63,907 nucleotides of DNA from Thermoplasmatota archaeon (GTDB taxonomy: Archaea > Thermoplasmatota > Thermoplasmata > UBA10834), in the NCBI GenBank assembly GCA_016930135.1, contig JAFGHM010000083.1, positions 1-63,907 of the forward strand. Reading direction: 5' to 3'. Shown in pieces: positions 16,762-25,192 of the stretch. The notes under the pieces were generated by a model that made no database searches, had not been told where the DNA came from, and worked only from the letters and a program-made list of their open reading frames with translations. The position numbers and the translations under genes are program-made. Every line of letters begins with the position of its first letter. Position 1 is the first letter of the stretch.

Positions 16762-18535
16762 CTGCATCCACCTCCTCAACTAGCGCGCGGACCATCGCCT
16801 CGACCTGCTCCGGCCGGAAGCCGTTCACCGTGATCGCCTTGTTGCAGCATACGACCGCGCACTGCCCGCACCCCTCGCATAGCACTTCGTCTATCTTCGA
16901 GACCAGGACGCCCCTCTTCGGGTCGGTCTCTATCGTTATCGCGCCGTATTCGCAGGTCTTCTCGCACCTGCCGCAGCCCCTACATCTCTCCTCGTCGACG
17001 AATGCGACTATGCGTGGGAACTTGACGTTGCCCTTGCGCATCAGCTCGATGGCACTGGCGGCCGCCGCCTTCGCGTCCTCGATGGAGTACCTGATACCCT
17101 TCGGCCCCTGGGCCGTCCCGGCGACATAGACCCCCCGCCTGAACTCAGACGGGAACATCGGGTTGATGTCTTTCATGAACTTGTCTATGTCCGTCTGTAC
17201 GTGCAGCATCTTCGCTATCGCGTCGCTTCCGTCAGCCGGCTCCTGCCCGACAGATAGAACAACCAGATCGGATTCGATGTTCAAGAGGACATCAGCGTCG
17301 GTGTCAAGCGCCCTCACGAATATCTTGCCCTTGTCGTGCACGATCTCGGATATCCTGCCGCGCACGAAGTTGATCCCCTCCTCCTTGGCGGCCTCGTAGA
17401 ACTCCTCGAAACCCCGGTAGGGTCCCCTGAGGTCTATGTAGTGGATGTAGATGTCCGCGTCGGGGTTCATGCGCTTGATCTCCCTTGCCTGGCCTATGGC
17501 ATAGGTGCAGCAGACAAGGGAGCAGTGCAGATTGCCCTTGTTCTTGTCCCTCGAACCGACGCACTGGATGAAGTTGACGGTCTTCGGGACCTTGGAGTCG
17601 GACGGCCTCTTCAGGCCCCCGCCCTTCTCCCTCTGCTCGACTATGAGCTGCTCTAGCTCCACTGTCGTTATGACATCGGGGAGGTCGTACCTGAGCTCAG
17701 GGATGCGCTTAGGGTCGAAGGTCTTGCTACCCGTGGCTACGATTATCGTGCCCACATCGAACTCCTTGGTACCCGAGGGCGTCCTGACCTTCACATGTCT
17801 GTCCCCGAAACCTCCCGTGATCTCCTCGATCTCGGACTCCAGCATGACATCGATGTTCTTGTTCTGCTGCACATCCTCTATCTTGGGCGTGAAAACGCAC
17901 TCCTTGCAGTACTGCATGCAGCATATGCCACAGTTGTGCGTAGGGAAGGTCATGCTGAGCTTGTAGGTCCTCCCGCCAAGCTCACCCGACCTCTCCACGA
18001 GATATGTCTTGAACCCGGAATTGGCGATGTCCAGAGCGACCTGCATCCCCGTCACGCCGCCCCCGATGACCAGGGCCTTGTCGAGTATCTCTATGTCAAT
18101 GTCCTCAAGGGGCACCAACTTCTCAGCCCGCGCAATGGCTCCTCTGACCAGGCTCTCGGCCTTCTTCGTGGCGGCCTTCTTGTCATTGTGAACCCATGCG
18201 CAGTGTTCCCGTATGTTGATCTGCTCGACCAGGTATTTGTTCAGACCTTCCTCTTCCAGCGCGCGCGTGACTATTATGCCCTGGACGTTGGGGGAACAGG
18301 CGCCTACGGCCACACGCTCGAAGTTTATTTCCTTCGCCTTCTCCTTGAGATAGTCCTGTCCCTCCCTCGAACAGAGGGCTTCGTGTATGTCGACGATGAG
18401 TATCTCTGGGTTCTTCTTCAGGTCCTCGGCGATCTTCTCAAGGTCCACCTTCTTGCTTATCTGGCCCCTGCAGGCGCAGAGGAAGACCGCAAGGCCCTTC
18501 CGCACGTTCACATCATTGTTCGACCGTTCTGGCAT
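16754..18535 (-). CDS. hdrA: heterodisulfide reductase subunit A-like flavoprotein
   Basis: ORF 16754..18544, ATG at 18535. FAD motif VIGGGVTGMQVALD..ERSGELGGR, internal Cys clusters, and a C-terminal 2x[4Fe-4S] pattern CRGCGRCEKTC and CEGCGQCAVVC. Confidence 0.9.
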   Translation of the reverse strand: MPERSNNDVNVRKGLAVFLCACRGQISKKVDLEKIAEDLKKNPEILIVDIHEALCSREGQDYLKEKAKEINFERVAVGACSPNVQGIIVTRALEEEGLNKYLVEQINIREHCAWVHNDKKAATKKAESLVRGAIARAEKLVPLEDIDIEILDKALVIGGGVTGMQVALDIANSGFKTYLVERSGELGGRTYKLSMTFPTHNCGICCMQYCKECVFTPKIEDVQQNKNIDVMLESEIEEITGGFGDRHVKVRTPSGTKEFDVGTIIVATGSKTFDPKRIPELRYDLPDVITTVELEQLIVEQREKGGGLKRPSDSKVPKTVNFIQCVGSRDKNKGNLHCSLVCCTYAIGQAREIKRMNPDADIYIHYIDLRGPYRGFEEFYEAAKEEGINFVRGRISEIVHDKGKIFVRALDTDADVLLNIESDLVVLSVGQEPADGSDAIAKMLHVQTDIDKFMKDINPMFPSEFRRGVYVAGTAQGPKGIRYSIEDAKAAAASAIELMRKGNVKFPRIVAFVDEERCRGCGRCEKTCEYGAITIETDPKRGVLVSKIDEVLCEGCGQCAVVCCNKAITVNGFRPEQVEAMVRALVEEVDADV

Positions 18536-18577
18536 CACCGTCAACTCCGTCGCTCCCAGGCGTCTCTCTATACATCC

Positions 18578-19021
18578 TCAGCAGGAAACGTACTCAACGC
18601 CCTGTTCCAGCTTCGCGCGTCTCAGGGCGTTGTAGACTCCTTCCAGTATGCACGCCTCGGTCACGTAGCCGTAGAAGTCCCCCTTGTCGAAAACCGCGAT
18701 CGTCGAGACCCCCGAGTTTGCCATCGCCTTCGCGACCCAGCGCAAGTCCAGTGACAGGTTGGTGAGTATGACAAGGGGTCTCGACATGATGTCCTTGACC
18801 AGGACTTTGGCCGGGTTCTTGCCCTCGGCTACGACCTTGACGATTATGTCCTTCTTCGTCAATATGCCATAGGCGTCGTGCCTGGCCCGTCTGGGGACCA
18901 GAAGGGTGAACTTGTTCTCGTCCAGCATCTTCTTGATGGCGCTCGCCACAGTGGCGTCCCGCTGGATGGTCGGGAACTCGAAAGTCTTCACGACATCCTT
19001 CAGGATTAATGGGGCTGTCAT
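18578..19021 (-). CDS. CBS-pair domain protein
   Basis: 147 aa with two CBS repeats (..LLVPRRARHDAYGILTKKDII..; ..STIAVFDKGDFYGYVTEACIL..). Confidence 0.85.
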   Translation of the reverse strand: MTAPLILKDVVKTFEFPTIQRDATVASAIKKMLDENKFTLLVPRRARHDAYGILTKKDIIVKVVAEGKNPAKVLVKDIMSRPLVILTNLSLDLRWVAKAMANSGVSTIAVFDKGDFYGYVTEACILEGVYNALRRAKLEQGVEYVSC

Positions 19022-19434
19022 TGGCCCGCCCCCTTCTCGGCCTTCGCCTCCTTCGAGGCGAAGGCCTTCATTATGTCTACGTCGGAGACGAAACCGAGGA
19101 ATTCCTCCTTGTCGAATACCGCTATCTTCGACACGTTCTCATTGGACATCTTCTTGGCCACCCATCTCAGTTCCAGGTCCAGGTTGTTCATCACGACAAG
19201 CGGTTTACGCGCGTAGTCCATAACGGGGGTTGTGTTCAGATCCGCGCCATGGGCGATGGGCCCTTCGACGATGTCCCATCTCGTCACGATCCCGTAGGCG
19301 TCGCTGTATCCGCTCCTGTCGACCAGGAGGAAATCCGTCTTGTTCTCTATCATAGTCACAAGTGCCTGGGCGGCCGTCGCATCCGGAGCTATCCTCACCG
19401 GGCTCGAGCGGTTGATTATGTCTCTGAGCTCCAC
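19018..19434 (-). CDS. CBS-pair domain protein
   Basis: 138 aa with two CBS repeats. It overlaps the downstream CBS gene by 4 nt (ATGA). Confidence 0.85.
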   Translation of the reverse strand: MELRDIINRSSPVRIAPDATAAQALVTMIENKTDFLLVDRSGYSDAYGIVTRWDIVEGPIAHGADLNTTPVMDYARKPLVVMNNLDLELRWVAKKMSNENVSKIAVFDKEEFLGFVSDVDIMKAFASKEAKAEKGAGQ

Positions 19435-19592
19435 TTACTCCCCCCTACCAAGAGCTGGGTGTAACGATTGTTATTGACGCTACTGTATTTCAATGTTCTC
19501 AGAGGTCAGTCGTGCGCCTTCGCCCATGCCTGGACGGCCAACCGCTCGTAGCTGGCGAATCCATAATACCGGGCAACGCAATCGGTAGCATC

Positions 19593-21008
19593 ATGGTAGG
19601 TGCCCTGGATGCACTCTTCAAGCCTCGTTCGGTGGCCCTCGTGGGGGCCTCCGCCAACCCGTCGAAGCTGGGCAACGTAGTGCTCAGGAACCTCCTTCAC
19701 GGACGATTCAAGATCTACCCTGTCAACCCCAGGGAGAGCGAGATACTCGGCCTGCCGTGCTACCGGTCCGTGCTGGACATCGAAGGCCCAGTGGACCTCG
19801 CACTGGTGTCAGTCCCCGCACAGTCAGCCCTCGCGCCGGTCAGGGAATGCGTCAAGAAGGGAGTGGACGTCGCAATCGTGACCTCCTCAGGTTTCAGGGA
19901 ATCAGGGCCTGCGGGGGCGGAGCTTGAACGCAGCCTGGTCGAAGCCGTACAAGGATCGAAGACGCGGCTATTGGGCCCGAACACAATGGGCGTGTTTGTT
20001 CCTTCAAGGCGCCTCGATACTCTGCTGATCCCCAAGGACAAGAGCAGGCGGCCGAGAAGGGGCGGCATCGCTATGCTCTCTCAGAGCGGGGCGATCTCCG
20101 TCTCCTTCCTGGAACGCGCCGCGGCATCCGGCTTGGGCGTATCGGCATGCGTCGGCCTCGGCAACAAGGCCGACATCGAAGAAAACAATCTGATTGAGTA
20201 TCTCGGAGACGATCCGGCGACCAGGTGCATCGCATTGTACCTAGAGTCCTTTGCCGATGGGGCGGGCTTCCTGACGGCGGCCGGCAGGATCTCCGCAGAC
20301 AAGCCCATCGTGCTTCTCAAGGCCGGGCGCACGGCTGCCGGTTCTCACGCAGCCTCTTCGCATACGGGCGCCATCGCATCCTCTTCTGACGCGCTGATCG
20401 ACGACGTCCTCAGACAGGCAGGCGTGGCAAGAGCCTACGACGAGGAAGAGTTGATCGATATCGCGAAGGCTCTCTCGCTTACCGGGAGCATCCGAGGTGA
20501 CAGGATTTGTGTCGTCGCCAGCGCGGGAGGCTATGGCGTCGTGGCGGCTGACTACGTCGAGTCCAAAGAACGCGGTGCAGGTCTGCGCATGGCCCAGCTT
20601 TCTCCTGAAACGAGATCGGAGTTGGAGAAGGTCATACCAGAGTTCTCCTCGACTAGCAACCCCGTGGACCTCACAGCGGGCGTCACGGATGCGATGTACG
20701 ACGCAGTGCTCGGTCTGCTGCAGAGAGACCCCGGTGTCGACGGCATCATGATGTCGCTAGAGTTGCAGCCACCGAATGTGACGAGCAAGTTGGTCGAGAT
20801 CACTGAGCGCAGGGCCATTTCCGAAGGAGCGCCGATTGTCGTGAGCGCATTTGGCGGCGAACGCACATCGGCCTTGATACGAGTGCTCGAAAGGCGGGGT
20901 GTACTGGCATATCCAACGATATGGCGTGCGGTAAGAGCGCTTCAAGCTCTCGCAGAGCGCGGGGCGTACCTGAAGAGGAGAAAAACGCGCTCAGAAGACC
21001 CAAGGTAG
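19593..21008 (+). CDS. ADP-forming acetyl/acyl-CoA synthetase, alpha subunit (CoA-binding plus CoA-ligase domains)
   Basis: ORF 19512..21008, ATG at 19593. FKPRSVALVGAS..GPNTMGV..LSQSGA..SHTGAIA motifs. There is no ATP-grasp beta subunit next to it. Confidence 0.85.
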   Translation: MVGALDALFKPRSVALVGASANPSKLGNVVLRNLLHGRFKIYPVNPRESEILGLPCYRSVLDIEGPVDLALVSVPAQSALAPVRECVKKGVDVAIVTSSGFRESGPAGAELERSLVEAVQGSKTRLLGPNTMGVFVPSRRLDTLLIPKDKSRRPRRGGIAMLSQSGAISVSFLERAAASGLGVSACVGLGNKADIEENNLIEYLGDDPATRCIALYLESFADGAGFLTAAGRISADKPIVLLKAGRTAAGSHAASSHTGAIASSSDALIDDVLRQAGVARAYDEEELIDIAKALSLTGSIRGDRICVVASAGGYGVVAADYVESKERGAGLRMAQLSPETRSELEKVIPEFSSTSNPVDLTAGVTDAMYDAVLGLLQRDPGVDGIMMSLELQPPNVTSKLVEITERRAISEGAPIVVSAFGGERTSALIRVLERRGVLAYPTIWRAVRALQALAERGAYLKRRKTRSEDPR

Positions 21009-21066
21009 AAGGTCGGAACGGATTGTCCCGGAGTCTTCTGGAACGGGTTTCTGAAGGGTGTTTGCC

Positions 21067-21219
21067 TCAGGCCCCGATCCTGAAGACCTTCGTCCCGCAC
21101 TTTGGGCATGTGCCCTTCATAGCGGGCTTTCCGTTCTTCAGCTTGACCTTCTTCGGGTCCTTCATCTCGACGGACTTCTTGCACTTGACACAGTAGGCCT
21201 TCGTCAGATTTCCCACCAC
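21067..21219 (-). CDS. small zinc-ribbon protein (DUF5679-like)
   Basis: AYCVKCKKSVEMKDPKKVKLKNGKPAMKGTCPKCGTKVFRI (CxxC..CxxC). Start uncertain: GTG at 21219, while the ORF extends to 21279. Confidence 0.65.
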   Translation of the reverse strand: MVGNLTKAYCVKCKKSVEMKDPKKVKLKNGKPAMKGTCPKCGTKVFRIGA

Positions 21220-21400
21220 GCCTGTATCGGCTAGTGTCAATATATAGCCTTTCCGATGTTTTCCAGATGAATCTCGCAAGCGTGTTTCTTCTCCATACTG
21301 GCATCGGGAAACGTGAGTGAATGTCTTTCGAAGGAAGACCCGCGCACAAGGTTCTTATACTCTAACAAGGCGATTCGCGGCGAGAAGGGATGGGGCGCGG

Positions 21401-22726
21401 GTGAATTCCACCATCGCGGAAGACGGCCAGTCCGAGACGGGGTCGCAGCGGAAGATACTGTCCAAGATGGCCCAGAACCAGGCCGGCGTGAGCTTGGGAA
21501 GGGGCATGGCGGACCCGTACGTACCCGTGCTCGCAGTCGTCTTGGGCGCAACACCCATCCAGCTGGGATGGCTGCAGGCGTTCGTCAACCTGTTCCCCAC
21601 GGTCATGCAGGTCCCCTGGGGCAAACTCAGCGATTTCCTCGGGCGGAGGATACCTTTTCTCGCAGCGGGTGGCGTCCTCTCCTTCGGCCTGTATTTCTTC
21701 ATGATCGGGGCAGTGAGCGCCTGGCAGCTGATAATCATCGTCGCAGCGCAGATGTTCATAGGGTCGATGATGGTACCCACTTGGTCCGCCCTGGTCGGAG
21801 ACGTCACGACTGTCAAGAACAGGGGTTCCGTCATGGGCAAGTTCTTCGCGATATCATCCTTCGCCAGTCTGATTGGCACCTTGTTCGCTGGGTCAGTCAT
21901 ACCTGCAAACGACCAGACTGCGATGGACTTCGCAGTGCCCTTCTGCATTGCTGGTCTGAGCGGCATCGTGGGATCGGTGGTTCTGTACGAGGTCTACGAG
22001 GTGAAGCGTCGGCTCTTCGCGTCTCCGAAAAGGATCTTCGCGTTCAGCCTGAAATCGTTCATATTCATATCCGACCTCACCGAGAACAAGAACTACAGAA
22101 ACCTCGTGACGCTCAACACGGCGTTCAACTTCATAATGTCCCTGATCTGGCCTATCTTGGTCCTGACATATCTCGAGGTCCTTCACGCCTCGCCGTTCGA
22201 GATAGGCATAATGGCCGTGATCTCGACCGCGGCAACTCTCTTCTTCCAGACCAAGGTCGGGAAGCTCTTGGATGTCATAGGTCCCATGCCGCAGATACTC
22301 ATATCCAGGTTCGCGTACATATCGGTGCCAGTCGTCTACGCGCTTGCAACGCAGGTGTGGCATATCTATGCCATCAATGCGGCCCTTGGGCTTGCGACTG
22401 CTATGTCCAACGTGGCGTTCTTCGCCTATATACTGGACGTCGCTCCACCTGAGAAGAAGGGCGAGTACTTCGCGGTCTACAACACGATGATCGGCGTCGC
22501 CACGTTCGTCGGCTCGATAATCGGGGGTTATCTGGCCTACTTCTTCCTGGACTACTATGGCGGGAACTGGGTGCTGGGACTTGGCGCGGTATACGCGATA
22601 TCCGCCTTCGGAAGGGCCGCAGGCTCGGTCTGGTTCTTCAAGCTCAAGGACCCTGTCAGGTATCCGGATACCCTCAGGGGCGTCATCAAGAAGGCGATAG
22701 CGCACTATCATGCTCGCCTGAGTTGA
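21401..22726 (+). CDS. MFS transporter
   Basis: ORF opens at 21317. I prefer the GTG at 21401, downstream of the TATA-like ttcttatactc, but the start is uncertain. About 12 TM segments and the loop motif GKLSDFLGRR. Confidence 0.8.
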   Translation: MNSTIAEDGQSETGSQRKILSKMAQNQAGVSLGRGMADPYVPVLAVVLGATPIQLGWLQAFVNLFPTVMQVPWGKLSDFLGRRIPFLAAGGVLSFGLYFFMIGAVSAWQLIIIVAAQMFIGSMMVPTWSALVGDVTTVKNRGSVMGKFFAISSFASLIGTLFAGSVIPANDQTAMDFAVPFCIAGLSGIVGSVVLYEVYEVKRRLFASPKRIFAFSLKSFIFISDLTENKNYRNLVTLNTAFNFIMSLIWPILVLTYLEVLHASPFEIGIMAVISTAATLFFQTKVGKLLDVIGPMPQILISRFAYISVPVVYALATQVWHIYAINAALGLATAMSNVAFFAYILDVAPPEKKGEYFAVYNTMIGVATFVGSIIGGYLAYFFLDYYGGNWVLGLGAVYAISAFGRAAGSVWFFKLKDPVRYPDTLRGVIKKAIAHYHARLS

Positions 22727-23112
22727 GCCATTTCTGATCAGACCGTCTCGACATGAAGTAGAAAAAACATGTGTGGAAAGTGTTTGGCCGGCTCATATGT
22801 TCCTCTTGCTGGGGCCGGATATCCTGATGGCTCTCCTCTCCGTCCTCGGGACTTTGGCGAGATACCGCTCAAGACGAATCTGTCTGTATGTTTTCCAGAG
22901 TCTGCTCGGTCGCATTGCATCCACCTCCTTAGAAGTGAGAAACCTGGCGTATTCCACCGAAGTGGTCTCCGCCGATCACTCGAAGGATGCTCGCGCTATC
23001 CCCCAATCGTTGGGCGAACAATCCAGTCCTCTGTGGGTTGGCGCGAACATACTTATCGAATATCCCCTAGGCTGCGGGGTTATTTGAGGGTTTTGCCGTT
23101 ACCATTTGTTTG

Positions 23113-23130
23113 TATAAAAATATTTTTATA
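23113..23130. repeat. perfect 18-bp palindrome TATAAAAATATTTTTATA inside an AT-rich island
   Basis: The reverse complement checked base by base equals the forward sequence. Confidence 0.95.
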
Positions 23131-23537
23131 AAAACATTCCATGACGAAAAAACCGGAATGAATGCGTCGTTTCTCGGACATCACATGCGCGGAGTCTGGA
23201 CTCCTGCACCTATCTCGTTCTGAACATCCATTTGTTAAAAAGATGTTTGATATATAATTTATAGTAGATTAAAATCACAGTTACATCGAATCTCGTTGTC
23301 AGAACGCCGATGTTCTGGAAGGCGAATCATGGATAGTCCGTGCGTGTCAGCTCGAAAGGACGAACATAAGACCTATCGTGACGAATATCCCTATGAACAG
23401 AGCGAAGAGGAACCACAGCGCCCTCCTGTCGATCATGCGTCTCGGGAATCGAATTGCATGCTGAGCTTAACTTCTTTTCCGAGAAGGCCTGTGACTTGGC
23501 GAAGTTCGATATACACGTGAATGGGATTCAGTAGAAC

Positions 23538-24416
23538 ATGTCCATCGAGGAGCTCAAGGAGATTACGAGCAAAGAGAGGATCATCCTGTATCTTTCGGAG
23601 TACCATAACATGGATGATCGATATGAGCTGCCCTCGGACGTCATACAGCAGTCCATAGCGTTTGCCACAGGTGTGCAGAGGAAGCACCTGTCCCAGTACC
23701 TGGACTCATTGATCGAGGAGGATCTCATAGTAGAGCGCAAGGCCCACATCCAGGGCATGAAGCAGCGAATGAACGGATACTACCTGACGCCGGGGGGCTA
23801 TTCGCGGGCCACTGGCCTGAGATGCAGGGTGGAGAACATGGTCGTCCCCATCGTGATCAACGGCAGTGTCAAGGAGATGCGCGTGGCCGACATAGATGAC
23901 GCCACGTCGGCCCACATAACTCTGTGCGACATAGTCAGGGAAGCCATTCGGGGCAACGGCCTGACAATCAGCGCTTTGGAGACGATCGAGCAGAGGAAGA
24001 GGATGGCGCTCGAGGCAAAGGAGCAGGACACCGAGGTGTACAAGCGGGCACTTCTCACTGCCTGGAGAGACGGCAGGGTCACCGCAACTGAGAGGTTCCT
24101 GGTCGAGGAGCTGAGGAAGCATCTCAACATATCGGAGGAACAGCACCGGAACCTGGAAGCCGAGATAGTGAAGAGTCTCGCCCAGGACCACATGGAGTTC
24201 CGAAGGATCTACAGAACGGTGCTGGAGGTGGCGCTTGCCGACAAGGCGATCTCCGGTCCAGAGGAGTCGATCCTCGAAGGTCTTCGGCGCGTCATGAGGA
24301 TATCGAGAAAGGAACACGATGAGCTAGTGCGCGAGGTTGAGGTCTCGATATGTGGGCCCTCCGGCCATGAGAGAGATCTTCAGCGCGAGGCTATGAAGCT
24401 TGTGAGGGCTCACTAG
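23538..24416 (+). CDS. hypothetical protein: N-terminal winged-helix-like domain plus two TerB-like helical repeats
   Basis: 292 aa. N-terminus ERIILYLSEY..QQSIAFATGVQRKHLSQYLDSLIEEDLIVER. Repeats GRVTATERFLVEELRKHLNISEEQHRNLEAEI and ISGPEESILEGLRRVMRISRKEHDELVREV. Confidence 0.6.
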   Translation: MSIEELKEITSKERIILYLSEYHNMDDRYELPSDVIQQSIAFATGVQRKHLSQYLDSLIEEDLIVERKAHIQGMKQRMNGYYLTPGGYSRATGLRCRVENMVVPIVINGSVKEMRVADIDDATSAHITLCDIVREAIRGNGLTISALETIEQRKRMALEAKEQDTEVYKRALLTAWRDGRVTATERFLVEELRKHLNISEEQHRNLEAEIVKSLAQDHMEFRRIYRTVLEVALADKAISGPEESILEGLRRVMRISRKEHDELVREVEVSICGPSGHERDLQREAMKLVRAH

Positions 24417-24434
24417 TCGTCCTAGCTGGACAAG

Positions 24435-24744
24435 TCAGGCCCTGATCCCAGCATGTTCTCTGCCTGATGGACCCTCCTTGAAGGCGAAAGCCATCCTTAG
24501 GGTGTTGTGGTCGTATCCGACGCGGCCCTTCCTGGTGACCATTACCAGGCCACCGTAGCCGTCGACCCGATCTGCGAGGATTTCGATTCCGAGTCGACAT
24601 GCTTTCATCGGGTCCTTGGTATCCTTCACCAGTTCCAGTGCGCTCTTAGCAAGGACCACCGATATGATCTTCTCGCCCCATCCGGTCGCAGGGGCAACCC
24701 CAATCATGTCGTCAGCGTATGCAACTGATCCGACGATGGGAGTT
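24435..24744 (-). pseudogene. 3' remnant of an isoaspartyl peptidase / plant-type L-asparaginase (Ntn hydrolase) gene
   Basis: The reading frame WAETPIVGSVAYADDMIGVAPATGWGEKIISVVLAKS..DGYGGLVMVTRKGRVGYDHNTLRMAFA aligns by eye to only the last ~100 aa of the beta chain. The alpha chain and nucleophile Thr are missing. The frame begins immediately after the stop codon of the upstream gene. Confidence 0.6.
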
Positions 24745-25005
24745 TCAGCCCACTAGTTTGAATACCCTGTCGTGCGGTCTCGCGCGTTCCTTCACCTTGA
24801 TTCCCACCGATTGGCCAGCCGAAGCGCTCGGAACAGGGTTCCTGTCTATCTCCATCGACTCTATCTTCTGTTCGAAGTTGGTTGTGGCGCCCCTGATCCT
24901 GATGGTGTCACCAATCGATAGCGTGCCCGATGTGATCTCGACAGCCACGACGCTCGGCTTTGCAAAGAAGATCGTTACCTTGCCTACCTCCGCCTCCTCG
25001 ACCAT
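24745..25005 (-). CDS. small EF-Tu domain-2-like beta-barrel protein
   Basis: 86 aa. VGKVTIFFAKPSVVAVEITSGTLSIGDTIRIRG..SASAGQSVGIKV resembles a translation-factor domain II barrel. Confidence 0.6.
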   Translation of the reverse strand: MVEEAEVGKVTIFFAKPSVVAVEITSGTLSIGDTIRIRGATTNFEQKIESMEIDRNPVPSASAGQSVGIKVKERARPHDRVFKLVG

Positions 25006-25192
25006 GCGAACCCTCGGACTTCTAATCGCATTCCGGCTATTTATCAGCTATCTGCGTGATGAATGACGCATCGCTCCCCGTGTCATCCCTATGTTGTGGG
25101 ATGGCCATTGGCAATCGGACTTCTCGACAAGTTATAATAGGAAGGAGTGTTTCACTCACCTATCGTCCGCGGAATCAGCCAGGGGATGCATC

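Noticed and set aside
22773-23087. 104-aa plus-strand ORF (and the overlapping 120-aa ORF 22769..23131) directly after the MFS gene.
   Set aside because: No family resemblance, odd composition, no SD or TATA in front, and it runs into the AT-rich island. The evidence is insufficient to call it a gene.
22740-23095. Identification of the unassigned region as RNase P RNA or SRP RNA.
   Set aside because: I could not find the universally conserved blocks (GGAAAGUCCGGGC-type CR-I, or the SRP helix-8 GGAA/AGCA motif) in a sensible order on either strand. Only AAAGUCCC appears, and in the wrong position. It is kept only as a generic candidate structured RNA.
23090-23300. Calling the AT-rich island a replication origin.
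   Set aside because: There is no orc1/cdc6 gene nearby, and I could not recognise ORB-type repeats. It is reported only as an observation to test, not as a feature.
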